A DNA stretch of 43,445 bases from Lama guanicoe (GCA_013239625.1 MU053379.1:878490-921934); one strand, 5' to 3'; shown: positions 1-11,362, counted from the stretch's first letter. Notes: generated from the sequence alone by a model not told the origin. A program made the numbers and translations.

Positions 1-319
1 TCAGAGGTCCATCTCCTTGGGAGGATGGAAAACAACTTCTCAGAAAATAAAACCCATGGAGACTTCAAAACTTGCGAGGGGACAGAAAAGAGACAGGGTC
101 ATTTATAAGACAACCAGGGACTTCCAACTGCGTTCCAAGAACTCCTGGATTCCTTAAAGGGGCTTCTGATGCTGTGACTCAGGGCCACAGTTCCCACCCT
201 TCCTCACCCCCATTCTGATCACACCAGAAGTTCGCCGTCCCCATCTGTTCTATATTTTGAGTTCCCACATTAAGTTTCATGTAAAGAATTGATATCTGAC
301 AGGCAAGCTTGGGACAGAT

Positions 320-700
320 AAAGAGACGGTGGTGTAGTCGAGGGACCACGCTCAGCACTGAGAAGGCAGGAACAGCCACAGACCCAACAGTGCGGGCGGG
401 TCTCAGACACACTACACTGGATGGAAGGAGCCAGACTCACAGGGCTGTTTGTCCTGTGATTCCATTTATGTGACCTTCTGGAAAAGATAAAGTGATGGAG
501 ACAGAAAACAGACTCCCAGGAGCTGGGGAAGGAAGGCTTGACTTAAAGGGTCGCAGGGTTTGGGGTTCGTGGAATGTTCTGTGTCCTGATAGCGGCGGAG
601 GTCACATGGCTATGAGCACGTCAGAACCCAGACCTCCCCACTGCGAAGCGTGGATCCGCCGCACGTGAATTATACGTCAGTAACCCTGACTTTAAAAAGA
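320..700 (+). mobile_element. Ancient L1M (L1MB/L1ME-like) 3' UTR fragment
   Basis: Old-L1 3' motifs such as TGATTCCATTTATGTGACCTTCTGGAAAAG...ATGGAGACAGAAAACAGA and GGAATGTTCTGTGTCCTGAT; ends ...CCTGACTTTAAAAAGA. Strongly GC-drifted. Confidence 0.75.
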
Positions 701-899
701 ACCTTGGAGATCACTGGCCAAGAAAACTTTCATTCTAAGGTCTTCACCAACAAGAAATGAAGCAGAAGACAGCAGCCTCTAAGTCTGAAGGGTAAGAAAG
801 GCGCTGCGGCCACGGAGGTCTTCGGCCCGTAGGCAATCAGCTAATTGCTTTAGCTCATCTCTTAAACTCTGAATTTTCGTGTCTATAATTCTCCTAATA

Positions 900-1058
900 G
901 CATTCTGGAGAAGCTGGAACTCAGCAGGCTAGTTGTGGCAGGCCGCACGTCCAGAACGGCAGGAGATACTGTGAACAATAAATAACATAATAAAAGGCTG
1001 TGCGGCAAGCCACTGGCTTTTAGGGTGACTTGCTACACGGCAACAGATAATTGGAGCA
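900..1058 (+). mobile_element. MaLR (MLT1) LTR 3' fragment
   Basis: Typical MLT1 end AAGCCACTGGCTTTTAGGGTGACTTGCTACACGGCAACAGATAATTGGAGCA. Confidence 0.7.
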
Positions 1059-1169
1059 CCAGGTCACAGTATCTCTGCAGCCAGCCCAGCTTCCTGCATC
1101 CCAGATCTGCCGCCTCCATTCTGCCCGCTTCCTGAATCAGGCCAATAGGTCCGAGGCTCCGCACACGGC

Positions 1170-1540
1170 CTGGAAAGAACATCTACACGCACCACGCGCT
1201 ACAACAGCGGGACCCAGCTCTTCTCTGGTCCCTGGCACACAATAGCTGCTCAGTAAACACGCGGCCAGGAAGGGAAGAGACTCCAGGCCCATTCTAGGAG
1301 CTGACCTGATGGCAAACAAGACGCGGTTCCTACTCACACAGAGACGGCTCTTTAGGGAAGAGACTGCAATAAGATGAGTTTAGGCACTAAGGGCACTGAA
1401 GAAAATGAATGGGCCGTGTGACAGGACGGGACAGGTGTGGTGTGGAGGTCACGAAGCCCTCTCTGAGCTGACACCTGAAGGATGAAAAGGTGCTAGCTTT
1501 GGTCAGGTGGGGAGCTGTGTTCCCAACAGAGGGGACGGCC
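1170..1540. mobile_element. L2 LINE fragments
   Basis: CCTGGCACACAATAGCTGCTCAGTAAA (L2/MIR 3' end), followed by antisense L2-like motifs (CTCTCTGAGCTGACACCTGAAGGATGAAAAGG). Confidence 0.55.
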
Positions 1541-1624
1541 CCCCTACACACGCGCGCGCGCACAGTTTTAAAAATGGAAAAAGACGACTGAGGTTAGAAC
1601 AAGCGTCGCTTATTCTAGAGTGAG

Positions 1625-1762
1625 GCCGGTAATGCAAACAGTGAGTGACTGCTTGGAACAAAGGGCAGGAGTCCAGCTTTGCCACTAATTCCCCACGTGA
1701 CCTTGAGGGTCATTTCTCTCTGGGCCTCCGTCCTTTTTGCTGTAAATTAAGGGAGCTGGCTG
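1625..1762 (+). mobile_element. MIR SINE fragment
   Basis: MIR core: CAGCTTTGCCACTAA...GTGACCTTGAGGGTCATTTCTCTCTGGGCCTCCG...CTGTAAA. Confidence 0.75.
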
Positions 1763-1770
1763 GAATGGGG

Positions 1771-1977
1771 GTGGGGGGTGCTAACACCACTCACACCGCC
1801 CGGGAGAGCAGACTGTGCGCACCTCTCCCCAGTTCCACGGTCAGCGATGTCACGTGGGCGGGTTGAAGTGGGCACTGGGGGACGATTTACACTACGGACT
1901 TGGGCAAACCCTGCACATCAGTCCTCCCGCCCGCCCCCACCAAGAGCGGGTTGTTAAATAGCATCAGCACGCCACTG
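1771..1977 (+). mobile_element. MER63A-like hAT-Blackjack MITE
   Basis: GTGCGCACCTCTCCCCAGTTCCACGGTCAGCGATGTCACGT...ATTTACACTACGG and terminal GGTTGTTAAA...CAGCACGCCACTG match MER63 as recalled. Confidence 0.75.
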
Positions 1978-2222
1978 GACTCGGTGGGTGCTTCTCCCGC
2001 TCTTGCTGCCGTCCCCGCTGGCAGAGGAGAGCTTACCCCCACCCCGGAGGCCCACGAACTCAGCAAGAATCTTCCTTGAAATCTCCTATTGTTTTTAAAT
2101 CCACAGTTTTCTATCCTGTGCCTTAATGTATCTGTGCTTGCTTCCTCACAAGCTCAAAAATACAAAATTTTACTTTAACTTCAGGGAGACGCATGTTGTT
2201 AATCCTGTGGGTTTGTTAACAT

Positions 2223-2258
<36 letters not shown>
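2223..2258. repeat. (CA)n microsatellite, 15 pure units at 2229-2258
   Basis: Direct reading. Confidence 0.97.
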
Positions 2259-2259
<1 letters not shown>

Positions 2260-3344
2260 CTGCTCCTCAGGGCTGAGTGTCGCCCTGTGGTCACGGTGAG
2301 CGTCACTCAGTCCCTCCAGGTGTGAGGTCTCCGATGTACCCTTCATCCTTTTCTCTCTCTCCCTTTTCTCCTTTCCTTCCAAACCCCAGGCCCTGGACTT
2401 GCACTTGGGCCCTGGGGGCAGTAAACCAGCCCTGCTAGCCCACTGGTGAGTGCCTGCGTGCCCTGCGGCTCAGGACAGAAGCTGTTGGGGTCCCCCCCGC
2501 CGACGGTGGCCGTGGCGCCCAGGCCTGGCCAGCAGACACGCTCACTCTCTCGTGACAGAGCGGCTGCCCGGCTCCTTGCAGGTGGCCCCACGGATGCTGC
2601 TGGCCCCACAGGGTGCCCCCGCAGACAGGAAAGAAGGACAGCTTCCTTTTCCTCCTCCCGCCCGTCTGGAAGTGGGCGGGCTTCGCGCCTCACACTGGGG
2701 CTGAGATCTGCCTCCTGCGTCCCAGACTCGAGGCTGCCGCCAGCTGCCTGGCTGACCTTGGACGTGTGGTGATGCTTTGTCTGCACCTCTTTCTCCGCTG
2801 TCAGCTGCCTCTCACCTCACCGCCGGGACGGCTGCGTGGACATCCGAGGCAGCCTCACAAAGCAGACAGTAGTTCAAAACACAGAGCTGGGCACCGGGGC
2901 TGAGCAAGGTTCCCTATCACTGAGGGAGGGGCAGAGACCACGCCTCTGCGGATGCCAGCCCCGGGGTGCTAGAACATTCATCACGGAAAATTCCAGAAAA
3001 AGTTTTACAAAGCAAGGCCATCCCCTACAGGGAACGAGTGATTCCTGCAGAGGGGAGGGGAGGAGCCGAGTGCAACGGGAATGGGGGGTGGGGGACAGCG
3101 GAACATTGAAGTGACTCTGTCCTCTCTTCTCCTCAAACCTTCTCAAAGCCACACATGCCATCTCCACCTCCCGTCTGCATCCTTTCCTCAGCCCTCAGGA
3201 CCACCTCCCTCACCATTCCACCAAATTGGCACCAAGGATGTCACCTCTTCACTGCAAATCCAATCACCATGCTCCAGAACCATGTCACCACCCAGGTCAT
3301 CCTGTTTGGACAACCCTTTGATCTCTGTCACTTAAACTCTCTGC

Positions 3345-3735
3345 CTCATGGGGTCTCAGTTGGGTTTAACCAAAGGAGAGCCCAGGGCCAGGACTTGGGT
3401 GCACATAGATCATTCGGGAAGGAGCAGGGGTGAGATGCAGGGGAGTGAGCCAAGGAAAGAGCACATGTTATTGGACTAAAGCCGCAGGCACCTGGGGCTC
3501 ACTCCCTCCTGCACCTTCCAAGGACCCTGCAGAATGCACCCCCGGATTACCTCTGCGAAGGACAGAAGGCTGGGCCACGTGGCCACTTCCCAGGGGCATG
3601 AAATCCCTGAAGCAGGAGAACAGAGCACCGTGCTGGGTGCTTGTGGTGCATGGCCATCCACGTGCACACAAGCGTCCACGCTGTGGGCCGAGGGATGACG
3701 CAGAAGACACCAGCACGTCTCCTAGACTTGGCCTC
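3345..3735 (-). mobile_element. Old ERVL LTR (LTR16/LTR67-like) fragment
   Basis: CAGGACTTGGGTGCACATAGATCATTCGGGAAGG resembles the antisense 3' end of old ERVL LTRs. Confidence 0.5.
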
Positions 3736-4170
3736 CCTGACACTCGCCCCTGTGGCCCTCCCACCCTGAGCCATGACTCTCCACCTGTTTCCAGGCCTTC
3801 TTCTCCGAGCCCTGCCCCTCGCAGGCCCCTTAACCCACCGCGTTCCCGCTGGCAGCCACCTCTTGTGTGGCCCCATCCCATGCCCTTGGCTTGTCTCCAT
3901 CACTGCACTAAGCACACTGTGTTAACACTTTTCTGTTTATGTTTCTTCCTCCCCCAAGAAACTTCTTAAAAGTAGGGACAGGGCTTCCTCCGGTGGCCTG
4001 TACCTAACACAGCACTGGGCACCTAGCAGGGACCCAAGAAGGAGAAGCCCCTCTCTCCTTCCCCGTAAAAAGCCCATCAATGGAAATGTTACAGAATCTG
4101 TTTTCCTGATTCTTAATATCCAACAGAGATGCTACTTGCTAGTTTGTATTTTCCCTGTTTCTGGAAAAGG

Positions 4171-4219
4171 CAGGGTCCTGGGATGCTCAGGGTCCTGGGA
4201 TGCTCAGGGTCCTGGGATG
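4171..4219. repeat. 17-bp tandem repeat CAGGGTCCTGGGATGCT x ~2.9
   Basis: Exact units at 4171-4187 and 4188-4204, partial unit at 4205-4219. Confidence 0.95.
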
Positions 4220-4589
4220 ATGGGAGCTGCCACCTTCTCTCCCAGGGATGCCAGCCTGGCAGGGGGATGCTGCCCTCTGAAAGTCCCCCGACTCCAGAAC
4301 TTCCCCGCCTCCTCCATCTCCCCTCCCTGTTTCACGAGCCTCCATGAACAATGTGCACTTCTATGTGCCTTCCGAGAGAGACAGGGCTGGTTATAAGGAA
4401 ATCATGCTCAGAGCCTCCAATTAACCAGGAGGTGAGCAGCCACTCCATGCACAGGACTGGGCTGTGGGGAGGAGAAAGAGGAGGAGGAGGGAAGCAGGAA
4501 GCAGCGGGCACCCCTGTCTTTATGGAGCTGACAATCTAGGTGGTGGAGGCAGGACTCAGAGCACAGAATCCACTACTGAGAAACGCTGG

Positions 4590-5985
4590 TGCCACCACAA
4601 TCAACGGGGAAAGGACAGGCTGGGGAGTAGCTGGTGCTGGGGAGCTGGCTCGTCAGATGAAGAAAAATGAAACTGGATCCCCCCCTACTGCCTCACGCAA
4701 AGGCGGCTCCAGCTAACCCGACACGCTGTCCAGTAAAGACAAGACAGTGGAGAACACCCGTGCCCCAAGGATAGAGACAGATTGTGAAACACATCTTCAA
4801 ACGCACAAACGATAAGGCAAAATATTGGTAAATTTTGTTTCATCAGAACTATGGATCTCTCACAAAGGAACGTATTTACAAGGCAGAGACAGACTCAGAG
4901 ACACAGAAAAACTTACGGTTACCAAGGGAGAAAGGGAGGAGGGAGGGATAAATTAGGAGTTTGGGATTAGCAGATAGTAACTACTACATATAAAATAGAT
5001 AAACAACAAGGTCCTACTGTAAAGCACAGGGAACTATGTTCAATACCTTGTAATAACCTACAATGGAAAAGAATCTGAAAAAGAATATATATATAAAACT
5101 GAATCACTATGTAGTACACCATAAGCTAACACAACATTGTAAGTCAGCCAAACTTTAATTTAAATAAATAGATAAATAAACAACTAAAACTCTTACAGCT
5201 CAATAATAATGATAAATAAGCCAAAAAACAAAAATAAAATAAAACAGCAAGAAACCTACAGATCTCTAACAAAGTTCACAGATTAAAAAATCAGAGAAAA
5301 TATTTGCAACAACTAAAACAGACAAGAAATTAATATCTAAAACCTTTAAGACCTGCAAAGAGGAAAAAAAAAACAGCAAGCCCAGTAGAAAAATGAGCAA
5401 AGAGTATGAACAGGCAATGGATGTAAGAGGAAACCCAAAAGCGAACAACTATTTAAAGAAATGCTTAAAGTCATTAGTAACCAGAGACATTTAAAATTAA
5501 AACAAGGAGATAGCAATTTATACCCACTGCAATGGGAGGACCTTCCACCCTGCTGGTGGGCGTGAGAATAAACCAACACAGCTGCACAGTCCTCACTCAA
5601 AGGAGTTGCTCATCTGTGACCCAGAAATTCTGCCCTTGCATCACCCTCCAAGGAACGTGCTCACAAATATGTCACTGCCTGAGGATGGACCTCTGCACTG
5701 TGTTGGTGGTGAAGGGGGCAGGAGCCGGAAGCAGCATGCATGTCCTTCCCGGGGACTGGAGAGAGAAATCGTGCAGACCACGTGCAGCTGGGAGGTCCAG
5801 GCAACAGACTGAAGTAACGAAGCAGATGTCCACACGTTGGTGTGCAGGAGTCTCTAAAACATAATGTTGCCTGGGGAAAAAAAAAGAAGCAGAATGAGAT
5901 CCATGATATGATAGCACTTATGTAAATTTAAATACATGCACCCAAAATAACTACATTTATATTCAAGAGCGCACGCTAGCAAAAA
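4590..5985 (+). mobile_element. Ancient L1M ORF2/3' remnant, interrupted by a younger L1 3' end
   Basis: Degenerate ORF2 motifs (AATCAACGGGGAAAGGAC, AAAATGAAACTGGATCCC, GAGAAAATATTTGCAAC, CCCAGTAGAAAAATGAGCAAAG) on both sides of 4861-5250. Confidence 0.7.
4861..5180 (+). mobile_element. Cetartiodactyl-type L1 3' end (5'-truncated)
   Basis: Diagnostic GATAAACAACAAGGTCCTACTGTAAAGCACAGGGAACTATG...CTGAATCAC...; A-rich (TAAA)n tail. Confidence 0.9.
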
Positions 5986-6000
5986 GAACAGATACCACTC

Positions 6001-6505
6001 TAGTTACTATTCCAGAACATCCCAGTACTATTGCTGTGTGACATACTCTCTCAAAATCCAGTGGCTTAAAACCACCATTCTCTAATATCCCACGGATTCA
6101 CAGACCAGGACTTTGGGCAGGTTGGGCAGGTATCTCCATGTGGCATAGGCTGAGATCAGCAGGAGATGTTCGCAGGAAGCTGGGCTGGTATCTGCCAGGC
6201 TCAAGGCACCCACTGACATGTTGTCTGGCATTTTGGCAGGGGCTTTGGTAGGGCCATCAACCAAAGCGTCTGCAGGGAGCCTCTCTAGCTTGGCAGCCTC
6301 AGGGTAGCTGGACTTCCCACACGGAGGCTCAGAGGCCCAGCCAACCAGGACGATGTAGCCTGGAAGCCGCAGAGCATCCCTTCCATCACGCTCCACTGCT
6401 GGCAGCAGTCACGAGCCCACCCAGATGCAGGGAGAGGGATGCGGGCCCTACCGCCTCATGGGAGGAGTGTCAGAGCGTGTGATCATGTTTTTAAAATCCC
6501 TCCAT
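6001..6505 (-). mobile_element. MaLR MLT1 LTR
   Basis: Antisense MLT1 motifs TATTGCTGTGTGACA...CAAAATCCAGTGGCTTAAAAC and GTCACGAGCCCACCCAGATGCAGGGAGAGGG. Confidence 0.75.
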
Positions 6506-6570
6506 TGCCTGTGGTGGGGAAGGGATACAGAGGTAGGGGATTGGGGGTAAAATAAAATAAATAAGAAATT

Positions 6571-6870
6571 CTATGTTGAATGGTGGCTCCAGCCAACATG
6601 ACTAACCACAGGAACCTGTGAACGTGACCTTATTTGGGAAAAAAGATCCTTGCAGAGGAAATTAAATTGAGTCTTAAGATGAGATCATCCTGGATTAACT
6701 GAATAGGCCCTCAGTCCAACGGCAGGTGACCCCATAAGAGTGAGGCGGGGGAGGTTGGAAAGACAGGAGAGGAGGACGTGCAGGGCGCTGGGGCAGGAGT
6801 TACACCTGGAGGCAGAGGAGTCACATCCGTTAGTCATTGGCTACCCAGCAGGGAGGCCCCCAGGCACTCC
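6571..6870 (+). mobile_element. MaLR MLT1 (MLT1B/C-like) LTR 5' part
   Basis: GGAACCTGTGAACGTGACCTTATTTGGGAAAAAAG...TTAAGATGAGATCATCCTGGATTA. Confidence 0.85.
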
Positions 6871-6879
6871 AGGCTCAAA

Positions 6880-6927
6880 GTGTGTGTGTGTGTCTGTGTG
6901 TGTGTCTGTGTTTGTCTGTGTCTGTGT
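6880..6927. repeat. Imperfect (TG)n/(TGTCTG)n microsatellite
   Basis: Direct reading. Confidence 0.9.
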
Positions 6928-7725
6928 TGGGGAGGAGCCCACAGTGCCCAAGGTACTCCCTTGAAGCCACAGGTGTGAACAGCAAAGCGCACAGACGTTG
7001 GAAAAGGGATCCCAATGGACCCGGAGGGAGAGAAGAGAAGAGAAGAGACTACAGAGTTCGCTCCACCCATCCAGAGTCACATAAGACTCATCGCGGGGGC
7101 GACGGATTTGGCCGCCCATCCTGTGTAGCGGTGAGAGCACCGCTGAGGGTCCTGCTCGTGCGGCAGCCACCAAGAGCACCATATAACACTCCTACCAGGC
7201 ACGACCGGCCGGGCAGGCCACAGCGGCTGTCCGCAGACCACAAAAGGTGGTTGTTTCCTTCAGGAAATAATACAAAGGCCCAAGCCTGCACTTCTCATGC
7301 CAAACTGCTCCTGGGAGCCAGTGGGCAGCCTTCTTTGCCGGGGCTCTCAGAGGCCAGAGCCCAGAGCCCAGAGCCCAGAAGGTGGCTCCACCCGGACGCC
7401 AGGCCAAGCTCGCAAGGGTGGCCCTTCAGTGACAGCACAAACAGGGAGGCCTCTGCACTGTTGTCTGGGCGCACCTTTATCTTCTCTTTCACAAAACCCA
7501 GCTCCCCACCCGTCTCCATCCACCTCTTCCCAGACCTGCACACACATGGGGTTTCTAACCCCTAGACCTTCCTCCCCGCTTTTCTCCATATCTCCTCCTG
7601 ACTTAGGGATGTCAGAGGCCCGCAGGCACTTGGAGCACCACTCAGCCAAAGGACCCTCAGGGACAAAGAGGAGTTTCACTCACAATCTGGAAGAAAAGAC
7701 TGGAGGGAAGGCAGTGGGTTTAAAG

Positions 7726-7939
7726 CAGAGGCGGCAAACCTTTTTTGAAAAAGGCCTGATGGGAAATATTTCCAGCTTTGCAGGCCACACGGTCAATCAC
7801 CCAGCTTTGCTGCTTACAGGGGCACAGAGGCCGCCACAGACCATGTGTAAACCCGTGGCCCTGGCTATGTTCTAGAAAACTTGCATCACACAGACAGCCT
7901 GTGGGCTGCCTTGGCCTGTGGGCAGCCTGCCAACCCCGG
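7726..7939. mobile_element. MER58A-like hAT-Charlie MITE
   Basis: CAGAGGCGGCAAACCTTTTT...AAATATTTCCAGCTTTGCAGGCCACACGGTC...GCCAACCCCGG; degenerate TIRs. Confidence 0.8.
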
Positions 7940-7950
7940 GTTGACATGCT

Positions 7951-8275
7951 CACAGAATCCAACAGGTTAAAGTTAGAAGGAACTTAAGCCCTCCGGTTCA
8001 GGGATTTCAGCCCACGTGCCAACTCTGATTCTCAGTAGTGGCTCCCTGGTGTGCTGTGCTGAGAAGGATTCCGAGGCCTACACTCAGCTCAGAGGCAAAG
8101 AACCATAATTGAACAGCAACCTATGCTGTGAGCAGGGAAGGGTCAGTGACAGCACAGTGCCTCCTATTGACCACTGGATTAGCTAGCCTCCTTCGTTTTA
8201 TACATTGACTAGCCAGACCCAGAGAGGTTAAGTGACTTGCCCAAGGCCACACAGCTAAGACCAAGGGAGTTGCTT
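7951..8275 (-). mobile_element. MIR split by a ~180-bp hAT MITE (MER117-like, 7999-8176)
   Basis: MIR halves GTTAGAAGGAACTTAAG and CAGAGAGGTTAAGTGACTTGCCCAAGGCCACACAGCTA flank CAGGG...GTGCTGAGAAGGATTCCGAGGCC...CCACTG. Confidence 0.7.
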
Positions 8276-9249
8276 GTCAACTGGTTTCTTTGTGTTGCTC
8301 TGTGGCAAAAGAGAGAGTAAGTTACATTTATCCCATTGTCTCATCTCCAGGTCTAAACTGAAGAATTCCCCAAGGCCCCTTTGACCCAAGTTTCCTAGCC
8401 TGGCCCCTTGAGAGCAAAACGACAGAGCCCAGGGCCCCCCGCTAGTCATTGATTTGTGAGAACACATGTTTTGGGGGCTTTCACGCCCATGAAGACATAT
8501 ATTCGTGATATCTGAAAACTTTGGAGGCTGGCTTCCAGGGGGTGCTGCCTGCCAGGTCCTTGTTTGTGGCGGGGCATGAAGTGGCGCCAGCGATAAGTCA
8601 TGGTTTCCCTTCTTGGCAGGAAATGCTTTGCAAGCGCCGTGGAGCACTATCCAGTGGGTCCTGCCAGGCTGAAGCCCATCTCGACCCCACATAACACGCT
8701 CAAGCATCAGGCTCTGGCGTTTCTCACCCATGTGTCCATTCCTGAGATTCAAAATGGCTATGACAATCAAACAATGACATCCGGGGTCTTTATTCATGCC
8801 AATTAAGAAGCAACTGGAGTAACCAAAACAGGGTACTTTTGGAAGAACGTTTTAAAACCCCGAACCCTGTAAATAGGATTATTATATTTATAAAGCAGAC
8901 TGTCCACTGTTGGTTCACATCTGGTATCAAAGCTTTGAAACTGTTTGGGCCTCAGTGTACTGGGCTGGTAAATGGAGTCATCCTAACTGCATGGGGCAGT
9001 TACAGCTGTCAAAAAAGGAACAGATTGCAGCAGAAGCCCATCTCTCCCCAACCTGCTCTGGAAGTCACTCCCAGCTCGGTGGGCAGCTCCGGGCCACGCC
9101 ACGGGCTCCGTCTCTCCAGCACTCGCGGGTCTCTGGTGGGGTCCTCCACCCCGGTCCCCACCCCAGCACGCGCAGCCAGAAGAGCTGGGGAGAGGCCGCG
9201 CCCAGGAGCAGCCGCAAGCAGTGAGTAGTGATGGGAAGCGGTGGAAAGG

Positions 9250-9496
9250 TCCGCAGTGCCCTCACCCCTCTGAGTGCGATTCTGAGGAACCGTTCCGTGT
9301 GTTCAATTTTATGCAGTCTCTCAGAAGGTCCCCAAGGGCACGTGAGCCCTATCTCCTTTTCTCCTGAACACACCCTTCATTGGTTTTCTCCTCTTCCTTT
9401 TCTCATTATCACATCCTCCCCGTGTGTCCTGGGGTCGGCTCTCAAATCAACTACTGGTACCCAAATCCTTGTCTCGGGGCAGCCCAGACTGAGACA
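9250..9496 (+). mobile_element. ERVL LTR16-like 3' fragment
   Basis: Ends CAAATCAACTACTGGTACCCAAATCCTTGTCTCGGGG...CAGACTGAGACA. Confidence 0.65.
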
Positions 9497-9599
9497 CATT
9501 TATCCTTAGGCTGGCATGAGAATATGCGCTCCCCACCCCCAATGCCACACACACACTCACACACATATGGGATCCTGGGAGAGGCTGTAAAGAAGGCTT

Positions 9600-9867
9600 A
9601 CAGATCAAGAACTGTAATCTGAGGGGGTGCACCTGGGGCTGCGGGTGCCTGGGATTCTATCCGTCATGTGACTAGAGCTTGTGTGCAGAATGAAGGTAAA
9701 CGGAGGCAAGCTGAGATGACAGAGCGCCCACACCACCAGAGCCACTGGGTCCAGCTAAACCTGAAACTCTGTTGCCTTTGGATATTATGGTTACTGGAGC
9801 CAATGTATTCCCTTTTTGGTTTACCTGAGTTGGATTTCTGTCACTTACAACCAAAAGCTTTCAGACA
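9600..9867 (+). mobile_element. MaLR MLT1 (J/K-like) LTR 3' part
   Basis: GGGTCCAGCTAAACCTGAA...GAGCCAATGTATTCCC...TGAGTTGGATTTCTGTCACTTACAACCAAAAG. Confidence 0.8.
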
Positions 9868-9872
9868 AGAGG

Positions 9873-10537
9873 TGAGACAGAAGTGAAGGGCGCAGGGCAC
9901 AGCCATTCAAGGAATGACACAGCAGTTAACACCAAAATGGTGGAAGATTCAACTCCCAGTTGGTCTTGAAGCTCAAGATGGTGGGAGATTTGACTTCTGG
10001 TAGACCTTGAGCTTCATTCTATGCTCATTGCAATATTAACATGGTAAATGACACTTGCACTGGAGCTATGACAGCCTTGAGGCTGACCATAAAAGGTCAA
10101 AGAGAGGGTGGTGGCCCAATTCCTGGGAATCCCAGCCCCTTCCCCAGGGCAGTGGGAACGGTCCTCCCACTTGTTGGCATGTGAAGCTGCTGAGCCCGTA
10201 GAAACTGGCAACGCCGCACCTCGGGGCCACCTCTTTCTTTGCTCCCTCGTCTTCAGAGACAGCCCACACTCTGTCTATGGAGTGTGTACCTACTTCTGCT
10301 TTAACCTGAGCACCCAACCGCCACCCCTCGTGGCCTTTCTCTTGCCTTCTGCAACAGCCTACACTCTATACTGTATGTATCTCTCTAAATAAACCTACCT
10401 TTACTCAGCTGTGGCTCGCCCTTGAATTCTTTCCTGCGCAAAGCCAAGGACCCACCCCTGGCGAGGCACGTCCCAGGGGCTCCACCGACACTGGGACGCA
10501 GCCCTCCTCTTGCCTCACCTTCATTTTCCCTGCATCA
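9873..10537 (+). mobile_element. Complete ERV1 solo LTR, MER41-like
   Basis: TG...CA termini, exact 4-bp TSD GAGG (9869-9872 / 10538-10541), AATAAA at 10388-10393, MER41-type motifs CACTCTGTCTATGGAGT and GCTCGCCCTTGAATTCTTTCCTGCGCAAAGCCAAGGACCC. Confidence 0.88.
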
Positions 10538-11362
10538 GAGGGAAGCATTTTCAGTTGTGCCTGCCTGCGTTACCAAACCAGCTCATCTTGCCCAACGCAC
10601 AGCAAGCCAAAACACCGAAATGCTGAGGTTTGCAGCAGAGAGGGTTTTTACCCAAGGCAGCCGAGTGAGAAAAGGAGAGAACAAATCTCAAATCTGACTC
10701 ACCCAAAGCGAGGGGCTTGGGGACTTACGGGGTAATGAATGAGGAGGTCGGACTGTCTGAGCCATGGGGAGTGCGGGGAAAGATGACTGGGAAAAGGTGC
10801 CTTAATTGTTGCTCTGCGCAGGCGTAACTAAGCTTCTGGCCTCCGGATGTTCTGAGGGTGGAGTTTTCGGTAAAGGTCACCTGCACAAGCCCAGTTGGAG
10901 GGCGGTGGTCCTATCCAGTCTTAACCGGCTCAGCTTGACCATGACACAACTGACTCCAAGTTCCTAGAAAACAACTCGGGCAAACATATTGTTTCGGCTC
11001 CATGCCTCTCGGAGGATGTGCAAGTTTTATTTTTTTATTTTTATTTTTTAACATTTTTTATTGATTTATAATCATTTTACAATGTTGTGTCAAATTCCAG
11101 TGTAGAGCACAGTTTTTCAGTTATACATGAACATACATATATTCATTGTCACAATTTTTTCTCTGTGGGCTACCATAAGATCTTGTGTATATTTCCCTGT
11201 GCTATGCAGTATAATCTTGTTTATCTATTCTACAGTTTTGAAATCCCATCTATCCCTTCCCACCCTCCGCCCCCTTGGCAACCACAAGTTTGTATTCTAT
11301 GTCTATGAGTCTATTTCTGTTTTGTATTTATGCTTTTTTTTGTTTTTGTTTTTGTTTGTTTT

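Noticed and set aside
4171..4219. CRISPR-like or functional repeat array
   Set aside because: Three head-to-tail 17-mers without spacers in mammalian DNA: a simple minisatellite.
7354..7379. (CCAGAGC)x3.7 repeat
   Set aside because: Short slippage repeat with no further structure.
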